From Bacillota bacterium (GTDB taxonomy: Bacteria; Bacillota_I; Bacilli_A; RF39; UBA660): a stretch of DNA of 64,000 bases. The stretch covers positions 8,733 to 72,732 of the forward strand of contig SVAL01000008.1 of the NCBI GenBank assembly GCA_015059405.1. Direction: 5' to 3'. Positions 35,508-45,781 of this stretch are shown one piece after another. The translations under genes and the position numbers were made by a program. Numbering within the stretch: position 1 is the stretch's first letter; every line of letters starts with the position of its first letter. The notes beneath the pieces are model-generated. The model was not told the origin of the DNA. It searched no databases and was given only the letters and a program-made list of their open reading frames with translations.

Positions 35508-38489
35508 ATGGGGTTAGTTAATTCTTATGATGAAAAGACAATTGAATCATTAAAAAATTATTTATCCACTTATGATTTAAGTAAAAAGATTAAGTCTATT
35601 TTAAGTGAATATAGTGTAGAAGTTTTGGATCATTTTGAAAAGGGTTTTGGGATTGATACTATGGATTTTAATGATGTTATAGAGGACTATTTTGAAGAAT
35701 TAGAATTTTGTTATCATAATTATGATGATAGTAATATTCTTAGTATAAAGGAAAAAATAGGGGATTTATTTCAATATGTTGATAGTTTAGATTTAGATAA
35801 TTCTTATAAGTTTGATTTCGTTCGTAATTTTTTTGGTCGTTTTAGTGATGATATTAATGAGAGTCGTGGTTTTTATGAATTAATTACATTAGATACTATT
35901 TATGATAGTACGGTTATGAATGATTATTTAAATAGTGAATTAGTTGGTGGTAAGTTTGCATTATTTACTAAGAAGTTATATGCATTTTTAAATAGTTTAA
36001 GCAATTTAGAACGTGAAAAAGTAAATTATGTATTTAGAAGTAGTTATGAAGTTTTAGCTTTTTTTCTAGAAGATAATGATAGTAAATTAGATTTTTATTT
36101 TAAAAAGGAACTTTTAAAAGGATTAACTAAAGAAGAATTAAGTTTAATATATAGAAGTAGTTATTTAAAAAATTTAGATATGTTTTTTAGTGCGGATATT
36201 GGATTTATAAGAGTATTTTTATTAATGAGGGATTATGTATATGAAAATCTTGGTAGAAGTACGGAGTTTTTAGATAGTGTATTTAGAATCTTTGAGAATG
36301 CTAGTTATTCTCTTGTTAATAGATATATTAGTTATTTTATAGATTATTATGTTAATCATTATGATAAGTCTAAAGATTTAAAAGACGATGAAGTATTTAA
36401 TGAATTACTTTCTTATACTTTTGATTGTAATGGGGATTTATCTATTATTAATGATGGTGTTTTACTAAATTTAAATAGTTTTCATGAAGCTTGGATGAAA
36501 GCTGAAGATGAAAAATATGAGAAAGCTTTAATAAGTGGGAGAATTGGTCTTTTAAAATTAAAGTTAGATATATTTGATATTCAAAAAGATAGTTTTAATT
36601 ATAATGATATAGAAGCTGTAAAGAATTTATATTTTTCTAGAATATATGGGCTTTATTTTCATCAAGTTAGATATTTATATAGAAAGTATGGTAAGTTTTT
36701 AGATTTAGCAGTTAATGAGATAGATGAAAAAGATAGAGAGACTTTTCTTACATTAAAATCTATTTGTAATATGTATACAATGGATTTGCATAAGTTAAAT
36801 AATTTTAATGGGTTTCAGTGTGTATTTAGAAGTTTTTTAAAGAAAAATGGTCTTTTTAAAACTACTGATGGTCTTGCGTTTGTTTCTTTAAGAGATCGTA
36901 TTGATATGATGTATCAAAATGCTTTTAATAAAGTTTTATTTAAAGTAGAAGATGGTAAATTATTAAGAAAAGTTAGAGGAGTACCAGTAATAGATCCAGG
37001 TGTTAATTTCAGCATGATTGTTAATGCGATTAATGGTGTTGGAGAGTTTTTTGAAGTAGATGAGGGATTTAATAAAAAGTATAATACTACTAATAGTTCT
37101 AATAATAGTGGGATATGTGCTAGTTTTATTGATAATCAAAATCTAGGAGTTGTTTCTTTAAAAGGTCCACTTCTTGGATATGGTAATTTAGATTTATGTC
37201 ATTTACATGCGATGGGTGTTGGTGATATTTATTCTGAGACTGAGGCTATGAGTTTAAAAAATAGTAATTCTAGTATTGGTGATGGTAGATATTTTGCTAC
37301 ACCTAGAGTGTTAACTGACTGGACTAGGTTTGGATATAATGAACTTGTTTTAGATAGGTTTTATCAAGATGATAAAGATAATAAAATAAAGGTACAACCT
37401 AGTTATATAGTTGTATATAAAATAGATGATAATTATACTAAGACTAGAATGTATAAAAGAGGTCTTAGAATGGCTAAAGAGTTTGATATTCCTTTAGTTG
37501 TTGTAGATGTTGTTAAAGTAAAAGAAAATGAAAAAAGAATTATTAATAATTTAGAAGAAGAATTATTTAGTCATAGAAGTGTTAATGAAGAACTAATAAA
37601 TATGATTATCACTAGATATATGAATAATTATACTGGTAGTTTAACTATTACTAGAAGTTGTGAAGAAAGAGGTAATAGATGGGATTATAAACATGATTTT
37701 TCTGAAGAGGGACTAAATGAGTTTTTTGAAAAGTTAGAAGATAGATTTAGTTCTTTAACTTTTGTTGAGATTAAAGAATGGACAGAGGTTTTAAGACGTT
37801 GTTATGAGAAAGAAAGAGAGAAGAATTCTTTGGCAACTGAAATATGTGAATATGGATGTAGTTTAACTAAAGAAGAGTTTTATCTTAAAGATATGGGGTT
37901 TTTACAAATACTTGATAATATTAGTCGTAAACATATGGATAGATATATATATGAGTGTGGATTAGTTGAAAATGATAAAGTTATGATTTCATCTTGTAGT
38001 AGAGAAGTTAAAGCGTGTGTAAATTTGGCTAATTATTTATATGAATGTAGTTATGTTAAAATTAATAGTGAAGAAGAAGAAAAAGTATATATGAGTTGTT
38101 ATGCTAGTGAATTAAGCAAGGAACAAAAAGATACTTATGGTCTTGTTATTTCTTATTTATTTGGAGATTATAAAAATAATTATTTTGATAATTTATGTGA
38201 TTGTTTTAATGACATTAAGTTTAGTACAAAGAATAAATCATTTATGAATGGGGTTAATTCAGGTATATTTAAAAATATGACTAAGACTCCTGCGCTTATG
38301 AGAGTAGTAGATTCTATTAGTCGTATGGATATGGGAGAGTTTTTTGATATATTTGATCCTATTATTGATGGTGTTAAAAATAGTGAAGTTATTACTAAAA
38401 TGTTAGCTGTAAGAAAAGGTAAAATAAAAGAAGAGTTTTCTAAATTACCAGAGAAAGCAAAAATAAAAGTTAAAAAAAGTGGTGATTAA
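35508..38489 (+). CDS. Large uncharacterised protein P1 (paralog of 42689-45778 and, N-terminally, of 40434-41705)
   Basis: Long ORF (the track begins at GTG 35499), aggtga RBS before ATG 35508. No signal peptide or TM. Helical N-terminal half, conserved 223-aa core at 36975-37643, variable C-terminus. Confidence 0.7.
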   Translation: MGLVNSYDEKTIESLKNYLSTYDLSKKIKSILSEYSVEVLDHFEKGFGIDTMDFNDVIEDYFEELEFCYHNYDDSNILSIKEKIGDLFQYVDSLDLDNSYKFDFVRNFFGRFSDDINESRGFYELITLDTIYDSTVMNDYLNSELVGGKFALFTKKLYAFLNSLSNLEREKVNYVFRSSYEVLAFFLEDNDSKLDFYFKKELLKGLTKEELSLIYRSSYLKNLDMFFSADIGFIRVFLLMRDYVYENLGRSTEFLDSVFRIFENASYSLVNRYISYFIDYYVNHYDKSKDLKDDEVFNELLSYTFDCNGDLSIINDGVLLNLNSFHEAWMKAEDEKYEKALISGRIGLLKLKLDIFDIQKDSFNYNDIEAVKNLYFSRIYGLYFHQVRYLYRKYGKFLDLAVNEIDEKDRETFLTLKSICNMYTMDLHKLNNFNGFQCVFRSFLKKNGLFKTTDGLAFVSLRDRIDMMYQNAFNKVLFKVEDGKLLRKVRGVPVIDPGVNFSMIVNAINGVGEFFEVDEGFNKKYNTTNSSNNSGICASFIDNQNLGVVSLKGPLLGYGNLDLCHLHAMGVGDIYSETEAMSLKNSNSSIGDGRYFATPRVLTDWTRFGYNELVLDRFYQDDKDNKIKVQPSYIVVYKIDDNYTKTRMYKRGLRMAKEFDIPLVVVDVVKVKENEKRIINNLEEELFSHRSVNEELINMIITRYMNNYTGSLTITRSCEERGNRWDYKHDFSEEGLNEFFEKLEDRFSSLTFVEIKEWTEVLRRCYEKEREKNSLATEICEYGCSLTKEEFYLKDMGFLQILDNISRKHMDRYIYECGLVENDKVMISSCSREVKACVNLANYLYECSYVKINSEEEEKVYMSCYASELSKEQKDTYGLVISYLFGDYKNNYFDNLCDCFNDIKFSTKNKSFMNGVNSGIFKNMTKTPALMRVVDSISRMDMGEFFDIFDPIIDGVKNSEVITKMLAVRKGKIKEEFSKLPEKAKIKVKKSGD

Positions 38490-39275
38490 ATGAGTAATTA
38501 TGAGTTAAAGAGAATTTATTTGGGTGGTACAGGGGAAATGCATTTATTAACTACTGGACAAAGTGAATATTTATATAAACCAGCAGTTAGAAAGTATACA
38601 GATATATCTGAACCTTTTAGAGGTATTGTTCAAGAGTGTGGATATGAAGTACAAAAAATAGTAGATCCTGAAAGTGCAGTTGTATGTAGATATGTTGATT
38701 GTGATGGATTAAGGGGATCTGTTCAAGAAAGAATTAAGACTTTACCAAATGGTAGAAATTATAGTTATGTTCAATTTTATGATGAGGATTTAAGTACTTC
38801 TGAAGTGAATCAATTTTTAAGAGAATTTATAAGTGATCATTTATTATGTAATTTTGATGGACATGGTGCTAATTTCGTTGTTGATGAAAATGGTATTATT
38901 AGGGGTGTTGATAAGGAACAATCTTTTAGATATTTAAGAGATCCTGAAAGTAGAAAACCTAGTGTAGATTATTCTCCTAACTGGGTATATGGAACACAAG
39001 AACCAATTTATAATATGATTTTTAGAAGATATGCTGAGGGAATTTTAGATATAGATTTTAGTGTTATAGATAGACATATGAGAAGAGTAGAAGCTGTTGA
39101 TAATGATACTTATAGGGAAATCTTTAGATCTTATTGTGATGCTTGTAGTAAAGCTTTTGGAACTGATAGTGAAGATATGCTTGATGAAATAGTTTCTAGA
39201 AAAGTAAATATGCGTAGTAATGTTGAAGAGTTTTATGATAATTTAACTAATATGAGAAAAGCAAAGGGTAAATAG
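38490..39275 (+). CDS. Atypical kinase-like protein (HipA C-terminal / PI3-PI4-kinase-like catalytic loop)
   Basis: Gly-rich GGTGEMH, then YLYKPA Lys, then catalytic-loop-like NFDGHGANF (compare HipA TDGHAKNF, from memory), then GVDKEQ. The ATG abuts the P1 stop. Confidence 0.5.
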   Translation: MSNYELKRIYLGGTGEMHLLTTGQSEYLYKPAVRKYTDISEPFRGIVQECGYEVQKIVDPESAVVCRYVDCDGLRGSVQERIKTLPNGRNYSYVQFYDEDLSTSEVNQFLREFISDHLLCNFDGHGANFVVDENGIIRGVDKEQSFRYLRDPESRKPSVDYSPNWVYGTQEPIYNMIFRRYAEGILDIDFSVIDRHMRRVEAVDNDTYREIFRSYCDACSKAFGTDSEDMLDEIVSRKVNMRSNVEEFYDNLTNMRKAKGK

Positions 39276-39276
39276 T

Positions 39277-40380
39277 ATGATTAGAGTTGATTATAATTAT
39301 CATGGTCATACTTATAGATGTGGACATGCTTCTTTAATTGATGATGAAAAATACATTTTAGAAGCAGTTAATTGTGGTTACTCAAAATATGGTTTTAGTG
39401 ATCATGTTTCTGTTTATCCGTTCTTTTATTGGGATAAAACTATGCGTATGCATGATAGAGATGTTGATAGTTATTTAGAAAGTATTTATAAATTAAAAGA
39501 AAAACATAAGTATTTTATTGATATTTATGCGGGGTTTGAAGCTGAATATGATGAGGTTATAGAAAAGTATTTATGTAGTTTAAGAGATAAATGCGATTAT
39601 ATGATTTTAGGACAACATTATGTACTTGGAAGAGATATTAGACATAATATTGATTATCCGATAGAGTATGCGAAGAAAGTATGTAAAGCGATAGATAGTG
39701 GTATTTTTGATTTAGTTGCTCATCCGGATATTTTCATGCAGTTTAGATATAATATTAGTGATGATGATATGGAAGAGTATTTAGAAAACTGTATTATTGC
39801 TTCTAAGATGATATGTATTAAAGCAAAGGAAGTTGATATTCCACTTGAGGTTAATTTAGGAGGATTTTTTAGTAGGGATATAGAATTAGAACCTAGATAT
39901 CCAACTAAATTGTTTTGGGATATAGTAAGAGAAAATAATAATAAAGTTGTTATTGGGATAGATGCTCATCAAAGAAATGATATTCCACTTGCTACTTTAA
40001 AGTTAGATCTTTTAAGTGATTTTATTGATTTTGATAAATTAAATATATTAAAAGATTATGATCCGGTTGTTTATAGGAAAAATAATTCTAAATTATCTAG
40101 TCTTTATCAAAGTACTAAAGATAGTTTAACTAGTGTTGAAGCAAGAATTATTTCATCTTTTAATAGTCGTGAAGATTTAATTAGAGGTTTAAGAACTATT
40201 CCTAATCATAAGGGAATAAAGAGTAAGTATTTTGATTGTATTACATTCTTTAAAAGAGAAGAGTTAATTAGGGTTATAAAGAAGTGCCCTGATAAAGATA
40301 TAGTTAGTTTTGTTGATGAGTATTATTCTAAGAAAAAGAAAGATAAGAATAAAATAAAACAAAAAGTAAAAGAAAGATAA
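39277..40380 (+). CDS. PHP-domain phosphoesterase (HisJ-like) with a C-terminal extension of about 100 aa
   Basis: YHGHTYRCGHA, FSDH and AHPD motifs; starts 1 nt after the upstream stop. Confidence 0.75.
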   Translation: MIRVDYNYHGHTYRCGHASLIDDEKYILEAVNCGYSKYGFSDHVSVYPFFYWDKTMRMHDRDVDSYLESIYKLKEKHKYFIDIYAGFEAEYDEVIEKYLCSLRDKCDYMILGQHYVLGRDIRHNIDYPIEYAKKVCKAIDSGIFDLVAHPDIFMQFRYNISDDDMEEYLENCIIASKMICIKAKEVDIPLEVNLGGFFSRDIELEPRYPTKLFWDIVRENNNKVVIGIDAHQRNDIPLATLKLDLLSDFIDFDKLNILKDYDPVVYRKNNSKLSSLYQSTKDSLTSVEARIISSFNSREDLIRGLRTIPNHKGIKSKYFDCITFFKREELIRVIKKCPDKDIVSFVDEYYSKKKKDKNKIKQKVKER

Positions 40381-40405
40381 TTATATATTAATCTTTCTTT
40401 TTTTA
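40371..40405 (+). terminator. Rho-independent terminator
   Basis: agaaagat/atctttct stem, 12-nt loop, T8. Confidence 0.65.
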
Positions 40406-40433
40406 TGTTAAAATGTTAATAGGGTAAAAGAGG

Positions 40434-41705
40434 GTGAAAAAGATGAGAAAGAAGAAGTTTTTATCTTTAACAAATACTAATCTTATTAGTTATTCAACTG
40501 AAGAACTTTTAGAGATGATTGATGCTGATATACTTGATGCGAGTAATTTATCTTTAGATTATGCTTATTCTGTTTCTCTATCTATTTTAAAGAAATTATT
40601 TTTATTTAGAAATAAAGATTTTAATAAGTTTTATAAAATTATTACTTCTAAAAGTTTTAGGGGTAATAGGTATATATATAGAGCTTTAAGTAAAGATGAT
40701 TATTTTTCTTTAAGAGATTTATTTAATTTATATAAAGATGAAGATTTAGGTAGTTTACTTGATTATATATTTATAGATAATAAGTATTTATTTAATGAAA
40801 TGATTATAGATGGTAATTATAATTTAAAAGATATTTTTTCTTATGATATGATGAATCATTTTAGAAATAGTTCTTATCGTAATTTACTTGGTTATTTATT
40901 AAAAGGTAGAGATAAGAAGAGGGTTATTAAAGCTCTTTTAAATAAGAAAAATAATAAATATATTTATATAGTATCTAAGATGGATGATATGGTTCTTAGT
41001 AGAGTTGAAGATGATAAGGATTATTTTGATGCGGTTATTACACTACTTAAGTATAGTGATTATCGTCATTTAATATGGAATTATTATGATAGATTTATTA
41101 AAAATAGTAGAAATGAAGCTATATTAAATAGTACTGTTTATGATAAGTTTGAGACTGTTGAATTGAAAGAATTACTTCATTATACATTTACTTTAATGAA
41201 TGTTATTTATTCTAGTGATAGGGTTCCTGAAATTATTTATGATATAGATAATTTAATTAAGAGTGGTAATGATAGTAAGGATATGGTTCATAGAGCAATA
41301 TTTGGAGTTGAAGGATATAAGAAGTTTAGAGATGGTACATTTGATGTAATGTTAGATTTTCCTAAAATAGAACATGAGGTGGAACTTATTAATTTAAAAG
41401 TTGCTTTTTTTAGTACGATATATGGTCTTACTTATAGTCAAGTAGAGCAGTTAGTTGCTAATTTTTTAGAAGATGATGAATTTAAAATAATTGAAAGTGA
41501 AGAAAATATATATGATACGATGATAGCGATAAGGGCTTTATATGGTTTAACTTTAGAAGATAAAGAAGAAATTGATTTATATAGAAGTGTTTATTATAAA
41601 TACGTTAAGAAAAATGGAGTTCATGCAACTATAGAGATTGAGGCAATGACTATTGTTGAGAATTTGATGAGGAGAATGTATAACAATTCGATAGAAATGA
41701 TATAG
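40434..41705 (+). CDS. Uncharacterised protein P3: N-terminal-module-only paralog of P1/P2
   Basis: Shares LKVAFFSTIYGLTYSQVEQLV (P1 LYFSRIYGLYFHQVRYLY; P2 ILFNIYGIDLINAGVLV) and ends where the P1/P2 core begins. Confidence 0.65.
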   Translation: MKKMRKKKFLSLTNTNLISYSTEELLEMIDADILDASNLSLDYAYSVSLSILKKLFLFRNKDFNKFYKIITSKSFRGNRYIYRALSKDDYFSLRDLFNLYKDEDLGSLLDYIFIDNKYLFNEMIIDGNYNLKDIFSYDMMNHFRNSSYRNLLGYLLKGRDKKRVIKALLNKKNNKYIYIVSKMDDMVLSRVEDDKDYFDAVITLLKYSDYRHLIWNYYDRFIKNSRNEAILNSTVYDKFETVELKELLHYTFTLMNVIYSSDRVPEIIYDIDNLIKSGNDSKDMVHRAIFGVEGYKKFRDGTFDVMLDFPKIEHEVELINLKVAFFSTIYGLTYSQVEQLVANFLEDDEFKIIESEENIYDTMIAIRALYGLTLEDKEEIDLYRSVYYKYVKKNGVHATIEIEAMTIVENLMRRMYNNSIEMI

Positions 41706-41713
41706 GAGGGTTT

Positions 41714-42664
41714 ATGAAGGTTTTGGATGGTGTTTTAGGTTTTGCGATAGGAGATAGTTTAGGTGTTCCAGTTGAATTTGTATCACGTGAAGATCTTTTA
41801 TTAAATCCAGTTTTAGATATGGAAGAGTATGGCACACATAATCAAGTTAAAGGAACTTGGAGTGATGATACATCGATGGTTATTGCGACGATGGATTCAA
41901 TTATTAATAATAAAAAAATAGATTATGAAAAAATAATGGATAATTTTTGTTTATGGTATAGTGGAAAAAAATTTAATCCTCATGATGTAGTTTTTGATAT
42001 AGGTATTACTACAAGTACTTCAATTAATAATTATGTTAATGGTAAGGATATTAATAGTTGTGGTTGTAGTGGATATTATGATAATGGTAATGGTTCTTTA
42101 ATGAGGATTTTACCACTTAGTTATTATTTTATGGAAAATAATTTTTCTGATGAAGAGATGATTTTAATAGTTAATAAGGTTTCTTCTTTAACTCATGCTC
42201 ATCCAATTAGTTGTTTAGGTAGTTATTTATATACGAGATTTATTATGTTTTTATTATCAGGAATGAGTGTTAAGGATAGTTATTTATCTTTAGGAAAACT
42301 TGATTTATCTATGTATGATTTAGACACAGTTATTGTGTATAAAAGATTTTTAGAAGGAGAACTTTGTAATTTATCTGTTGATAAAATTAAATCTAGTGGA
42401 TTTGTTGTTAGTACGTTAGAAGCTAGTATTTGGTGTAATTTAACTTCTTCTAGTTATAGTGAAGTTGTTTTAAAAGCCGTTAACTTAGGAGATGATACTG
42501 ATACAGTTGGTGCTTTAGCTGGTGCAGTTGCGGGAATTACTTATGGAGTCTTATCTATTCCTAAGAATTGGTTAGATAGTTTAGTAAAAAAAGATTATCT
42601 TGAAGATTTATCTAGTTCATTTGAAGAGGTTATTTGTAAGTATAAAGTAAAAGTTAAAGAATAA
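41714..42664 (+). CDS. ADP-ribosylglycohydrolase family protein
   Basis: GFAIGDSLGVPVEF, WSDDTSM, GNGSLMRILP and GDDTDTVGALAGAVAG motifs. Confidence 0.85.
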   Translation: MKVLDGVLGFAIGDSLGVPVEFVSREDLLLNPVLDMEEYGTHNQVKGTWSDDTSMVIATMDSIINNKKIDYEKIMDNFCLWYSGKKFNPHDVVFDIGITTSTSINNYVNGKDINSCGCSGYYDNGNGSLMRILPLSYYFMENNFSDEEMILIVNKVSSLTHAHPISCLGSYLYTRFIMFLLSGMSVKDSYLSLGKLDLSMYDLDTVIVYKRFLEGELCNLSVDKIKSSGFVVSTLEASIWCNLTSSSYSEVVLKAVNLGDDTDTVGALAGAVAGITYGVLSIPKNWLDSLVKKDYLEDLSSSFEEVICKYKVKVKE

Positions 42665-42688
42665 GAATTTATGTTAGGAGGTGTTTAT

Positions 42689-45600
42689 ATGGAAGATGAT
42701 AAGTTCATTGAAGATGAAATTTCTTTTGAGTTTGAATCTCTTTTACAAAAAGATATTCTTCCACAAAATCAATTGTTAGTTGAACAATCTATTCCTATAA
42801 ATACTCGTCCTAGTATTTTAGATCATTCTTTTTCTGATTTAGTTAAGATGGATATTTTAGATGTTAAGAAAGCTTTAATTGAAGAAATTTCTTCTTTAGA
42901 ATTAGAAAGTAATGAAGTAAAAGATAGACAATTACAAAAGATATTTACAAGATTGTTTAGTTTTCAACCTAGTAATACACTTCTTGATTTTAATAAAACA
43001 GAAACTAGGTTTTATATAGATTTAATTAGTACTTCAGAAATTTATAATAATAAATATATAAGAGAGTTTTTAGATAATAAATTTTATATAGTTAGTGGAG
43101 ATATTACAGATCAATTTAAATATTTATTTTTAAATAAACTATATAGTTATTATGATAGTCATTTAGAAGATTCTTGTGATAAGTTAAATTATATTTTAAG
43201 AAGTAGTAATAATGTTTCTTTTGAACTTGTTAGTGATTGTACTATTGATCTAGATAGTTTCTTTTCAGATAAAATTATGTCTTCTTTTGATAAAGAGGAA
43301 TTAAGTCAATTATTTAGATTTTATTTTAATGCTAGTAGAAGTGGTGAATTATTAAAATTATTTTCTAATGATAAGTCTTTATATATGATTTCAGAAATGA
43401 CAAAGATGGTTAAAGATATTACTGGTCATGGATCAGAGTTTTTATATAGTGCTTTAAATATATTAAATAGAGAAGTAAATTTTGAAAGAACTTTAGAAAG
43501 TTTTTATGATGAATTTAGAAATTCTGATTTAAGTGGTGTAGAAGTAAGAGAATTAATAAATTATATAATTAGTTATTCTTATGATTTAACATCGATTTCT
43601 GGTCAAGAAAAAATTTGTGATGTTGATTCTTTTATGAGTGTTATTTTAGCGAGTCGTGAAAGATCACATTATCGTATTTTTAAAGAGGGATCTTTATCTA
43701 AGATTAGAAATAATTCTTTTGATTTAGATAATGATTTTAAAGAAATAGATAGTCAATCTCTTTTATTAGATTTTAAGAAAGCAATATTATTTAATATATA
43801 TGGAATTGATTTAATAAATGCAGGTGTATTAGTTAAGCAATATGGTTCTTATATAGATACATTAGAAGAATGTATTTTGGAGGAAGATAAAACAACTTTA
43901 GAAGTATTAAAGACAATAAAAGAAATAGTTGATTTAGATATATCTAGTGTTGATTTTAGAGAAAAACTTAATATTTTACAGGTTGCTTATTTTGATTTTG
44001 TGAGCAAAAAGGGTCTTGATTCTAAAAATAGTATAGCGTCAATGGTTATATTAGAGGGTTTATGTAGTAGGATGATTACGCATACTTATAATGAGAGACT
44101 ACTAAATAGTTCTAATTGTAAAGTTATTGGTGAAGATAGAGGTGTTACATTACTTGATGCTTCAGTTAATTTTGATATTGTTTTAACTGCTTTAGGAGCA
44201 GTTGGAGATTTCTTTGGTGATTATGAAAACTTTGCGAATAAGTGGAACACGTCACAACTATCTGAAAATCAAGGTCTTTGTGTATCACATATTAGTAATC
44301 AAAATATTGGTGTGATTAATTATGGTTCGCCTTTTTTAGGATTTAGTTATATTCCAGAAGAGGGTTTAAATACAATGGGACCTTATGATATATATTCTCA
44401 TGTTGCGACTTTTAATTTACGTCGTGATAATAATAAATTAAATAGATTATTTGTACCGGCACCTATTATGAGTGATGAGACTAGGTTTGGATATAATGAA
44501 TTATTAATAGATAGGTTCTTGATGAATGATAGTAATGGTAATTTAAAGATTCAACCTAGTTATGTAGTGTTTTTTAAAGTAGGAGATACTGATGATAATA
44601 AACTTAGATATAATCAGTCATTAGCGATTGCGAAAGATTTAAATATTCCAATATTAATTGTTGATGTACCTAAAGTAAAAAAGCATGAAAAAGATGTTAT
44701 TGAAAGTAAGGAAAAAGAATTATTTAGTAGTAATAATCCATCTTTATTAGAAGAGATTGTTACTAGATATATGAATAATTATACTGGTTCGTTATCGTTA
44801 AAAGGAACTGGTTATGGTAATTATCCTGATGACTTTTCTAAAAGTGGAATGAGAAATTTATTTAAAGGTGTTATAGAAAAGATAAATTCTATGGAAGATG
44901 ATGAATTTCGTAAAGAGTGGTGTGATGTTTTAAAGAGTATTTATTACAAAGAAAAAGAAAAATATGATACTGCGAGAAAGATACTTTTATATGAGAATTC
45001 GGTAGATAGATTTGTTTTAGATGAATTAGGTTTAGGAGAAGTAGTACATGATATTGAATCTGGTAAAGATAAGTTCTTTATTACTGATATGGTACTTGAT
45101 TTTGAAGAAGATATTCTTGTTGATGTTGATTTAGATGATATTATTTATAGTGATCCAGAAAGTTTTCCTAATATGGAAATGTCTGATGGTAGAATGGGTA
45201 TTTTCTTTTCTGGTAATAATTATACTTCTTCAGTAAAAGTTATAGTTGATTTTATTAATTTAGTTAATAGTGGATCTAGTTTTAGTATAGAGAATAGTAT
45301 GTATCGTGATACTTCTGGTACTATTATTCATATGGATATAGTGGAAGATACAGATTTATTACTTATTGAGAATTTATCTTTAGTATATTTTACAGAGGAT
45401 TTATCAAAGATTCCTACTGTTGAGTTACAATGTTTATCAGTAGACAAACTATGTAACTTTAAATTGGATTCTAGTTTTGATTTTGTATCTAGTGTTAAGA
45501 ATTCAGAGTATGATAGTTTTTTAACAACTTCAGGAAGAGTTTTAACATCTGGTAGAATAGATGATTATATAGAAAAGATTGAAGGAATAAAAGATGAAGA

Positions 45601-45778
45601 GTTTATTAAAGTATTTAAACCAATGATAGATGACTTAGTAAAAAAAGAAAATTCATCTTTTGAAGAATTATCTTTAAAACTATTGGACAAAAAGCATAAT
45701 ATGAGAGATAATTTTATTAAGTTGAGAAAAGTATATTGTGATACTGATAGTAATGACTTAAATAAAGGAAAGAGGTAG
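42689..45778 (+). CDS. Large uncharacterised protein P2 (paralog of P1)
   Basis: taggaggtg RBS before ATG 42689 (the track starts at 42671). Core at 44138-44794 aligns without gaps to the P1 core. No signal peptide. Confidence 0.7.
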   Translation: MEDDKFIEDEISFEFESLLQKDILPQNQLLVEQSIPINTRPSILDHSFSDLVKMDILDVKKALIEEISSLELESNEVKDRQLQKIFTRLFSFQPSNTLLDFNKTETRFYIDLISTSEIYNNKYIREFLDNKFYIVSGDITDQFKYLFLNKLYSYYDSHLEDSCDKLNYILRSSNNVSFELVSDCTIDLDSFFSDKIMSSFDKEELSQLFRFYFNASRSGELLKLFSNDKSLYMISEMTKMVKDITGHGSEFLYSALNILNREVNFERTLESFYDEFRNSDLSGVEVRELINYIISYSYDLTSISGQEKICDVDSFMSVILASRERSHYRIFKEGSLSKIRNNSFDLDNDFKEIDSQSLLLDFKKAILFNIYGIDLINAGVLVKQYGSYIDTLEECILEEDKTTLEVLKTIKEIVDLDISSVDFREKLNILQVAYFDFVSKKGLDSKNSIASMVILEGLCSRMITHTYNERLLNSSNCKVIGEDRGVTLLDASVNFDIVLTALGAVGDFFGDYENFANKWNTSQLSENQGLCVSHISNQNIGVINYGSPFLGFSYIPEEGLNTMGPYDIYSHVATFNLRRDNNKLNRLFVPAPIMSDETRFGYNELLIDRFLMNDSNGNLKIQPSYVVFFKVGDTDDNKLRYNQSLAIAKDLNIPILIVDVPKVKKHEKDVIESKEKELFSSNNPSLLEEIVTRYMNNYTGSLSLKGTGYGNYPDDFSKSGMRNLFKGVIEKINSMEDDEFRKEWCDVLKSIYYKEKEKYDTARKILLYENSVDRFVLDELGLGEVVHDIESGKDKFFITDMVLDFEEDILVDVDLDDIIYSDPESFPNMEMSDGRMGIFFSGNNYTSSVKVIVDFINLVNSGSSFSIENSMYRDTSGTIIHMDIVEDTDLLLIENLSLVYFTEDLSKIPTVELQCLSVDKLCNFKLDSSFDFVSSVKNSEYDSFLTTSGRVLTSGRIDDYIEKIEGIKDEEFIKVFKPMIDDLVKKENSSFEELSLKLLDKKHNMRDNFIKLRKVYCDTDSNDLNKGKR

Positions 45779-45781
45779 TTT

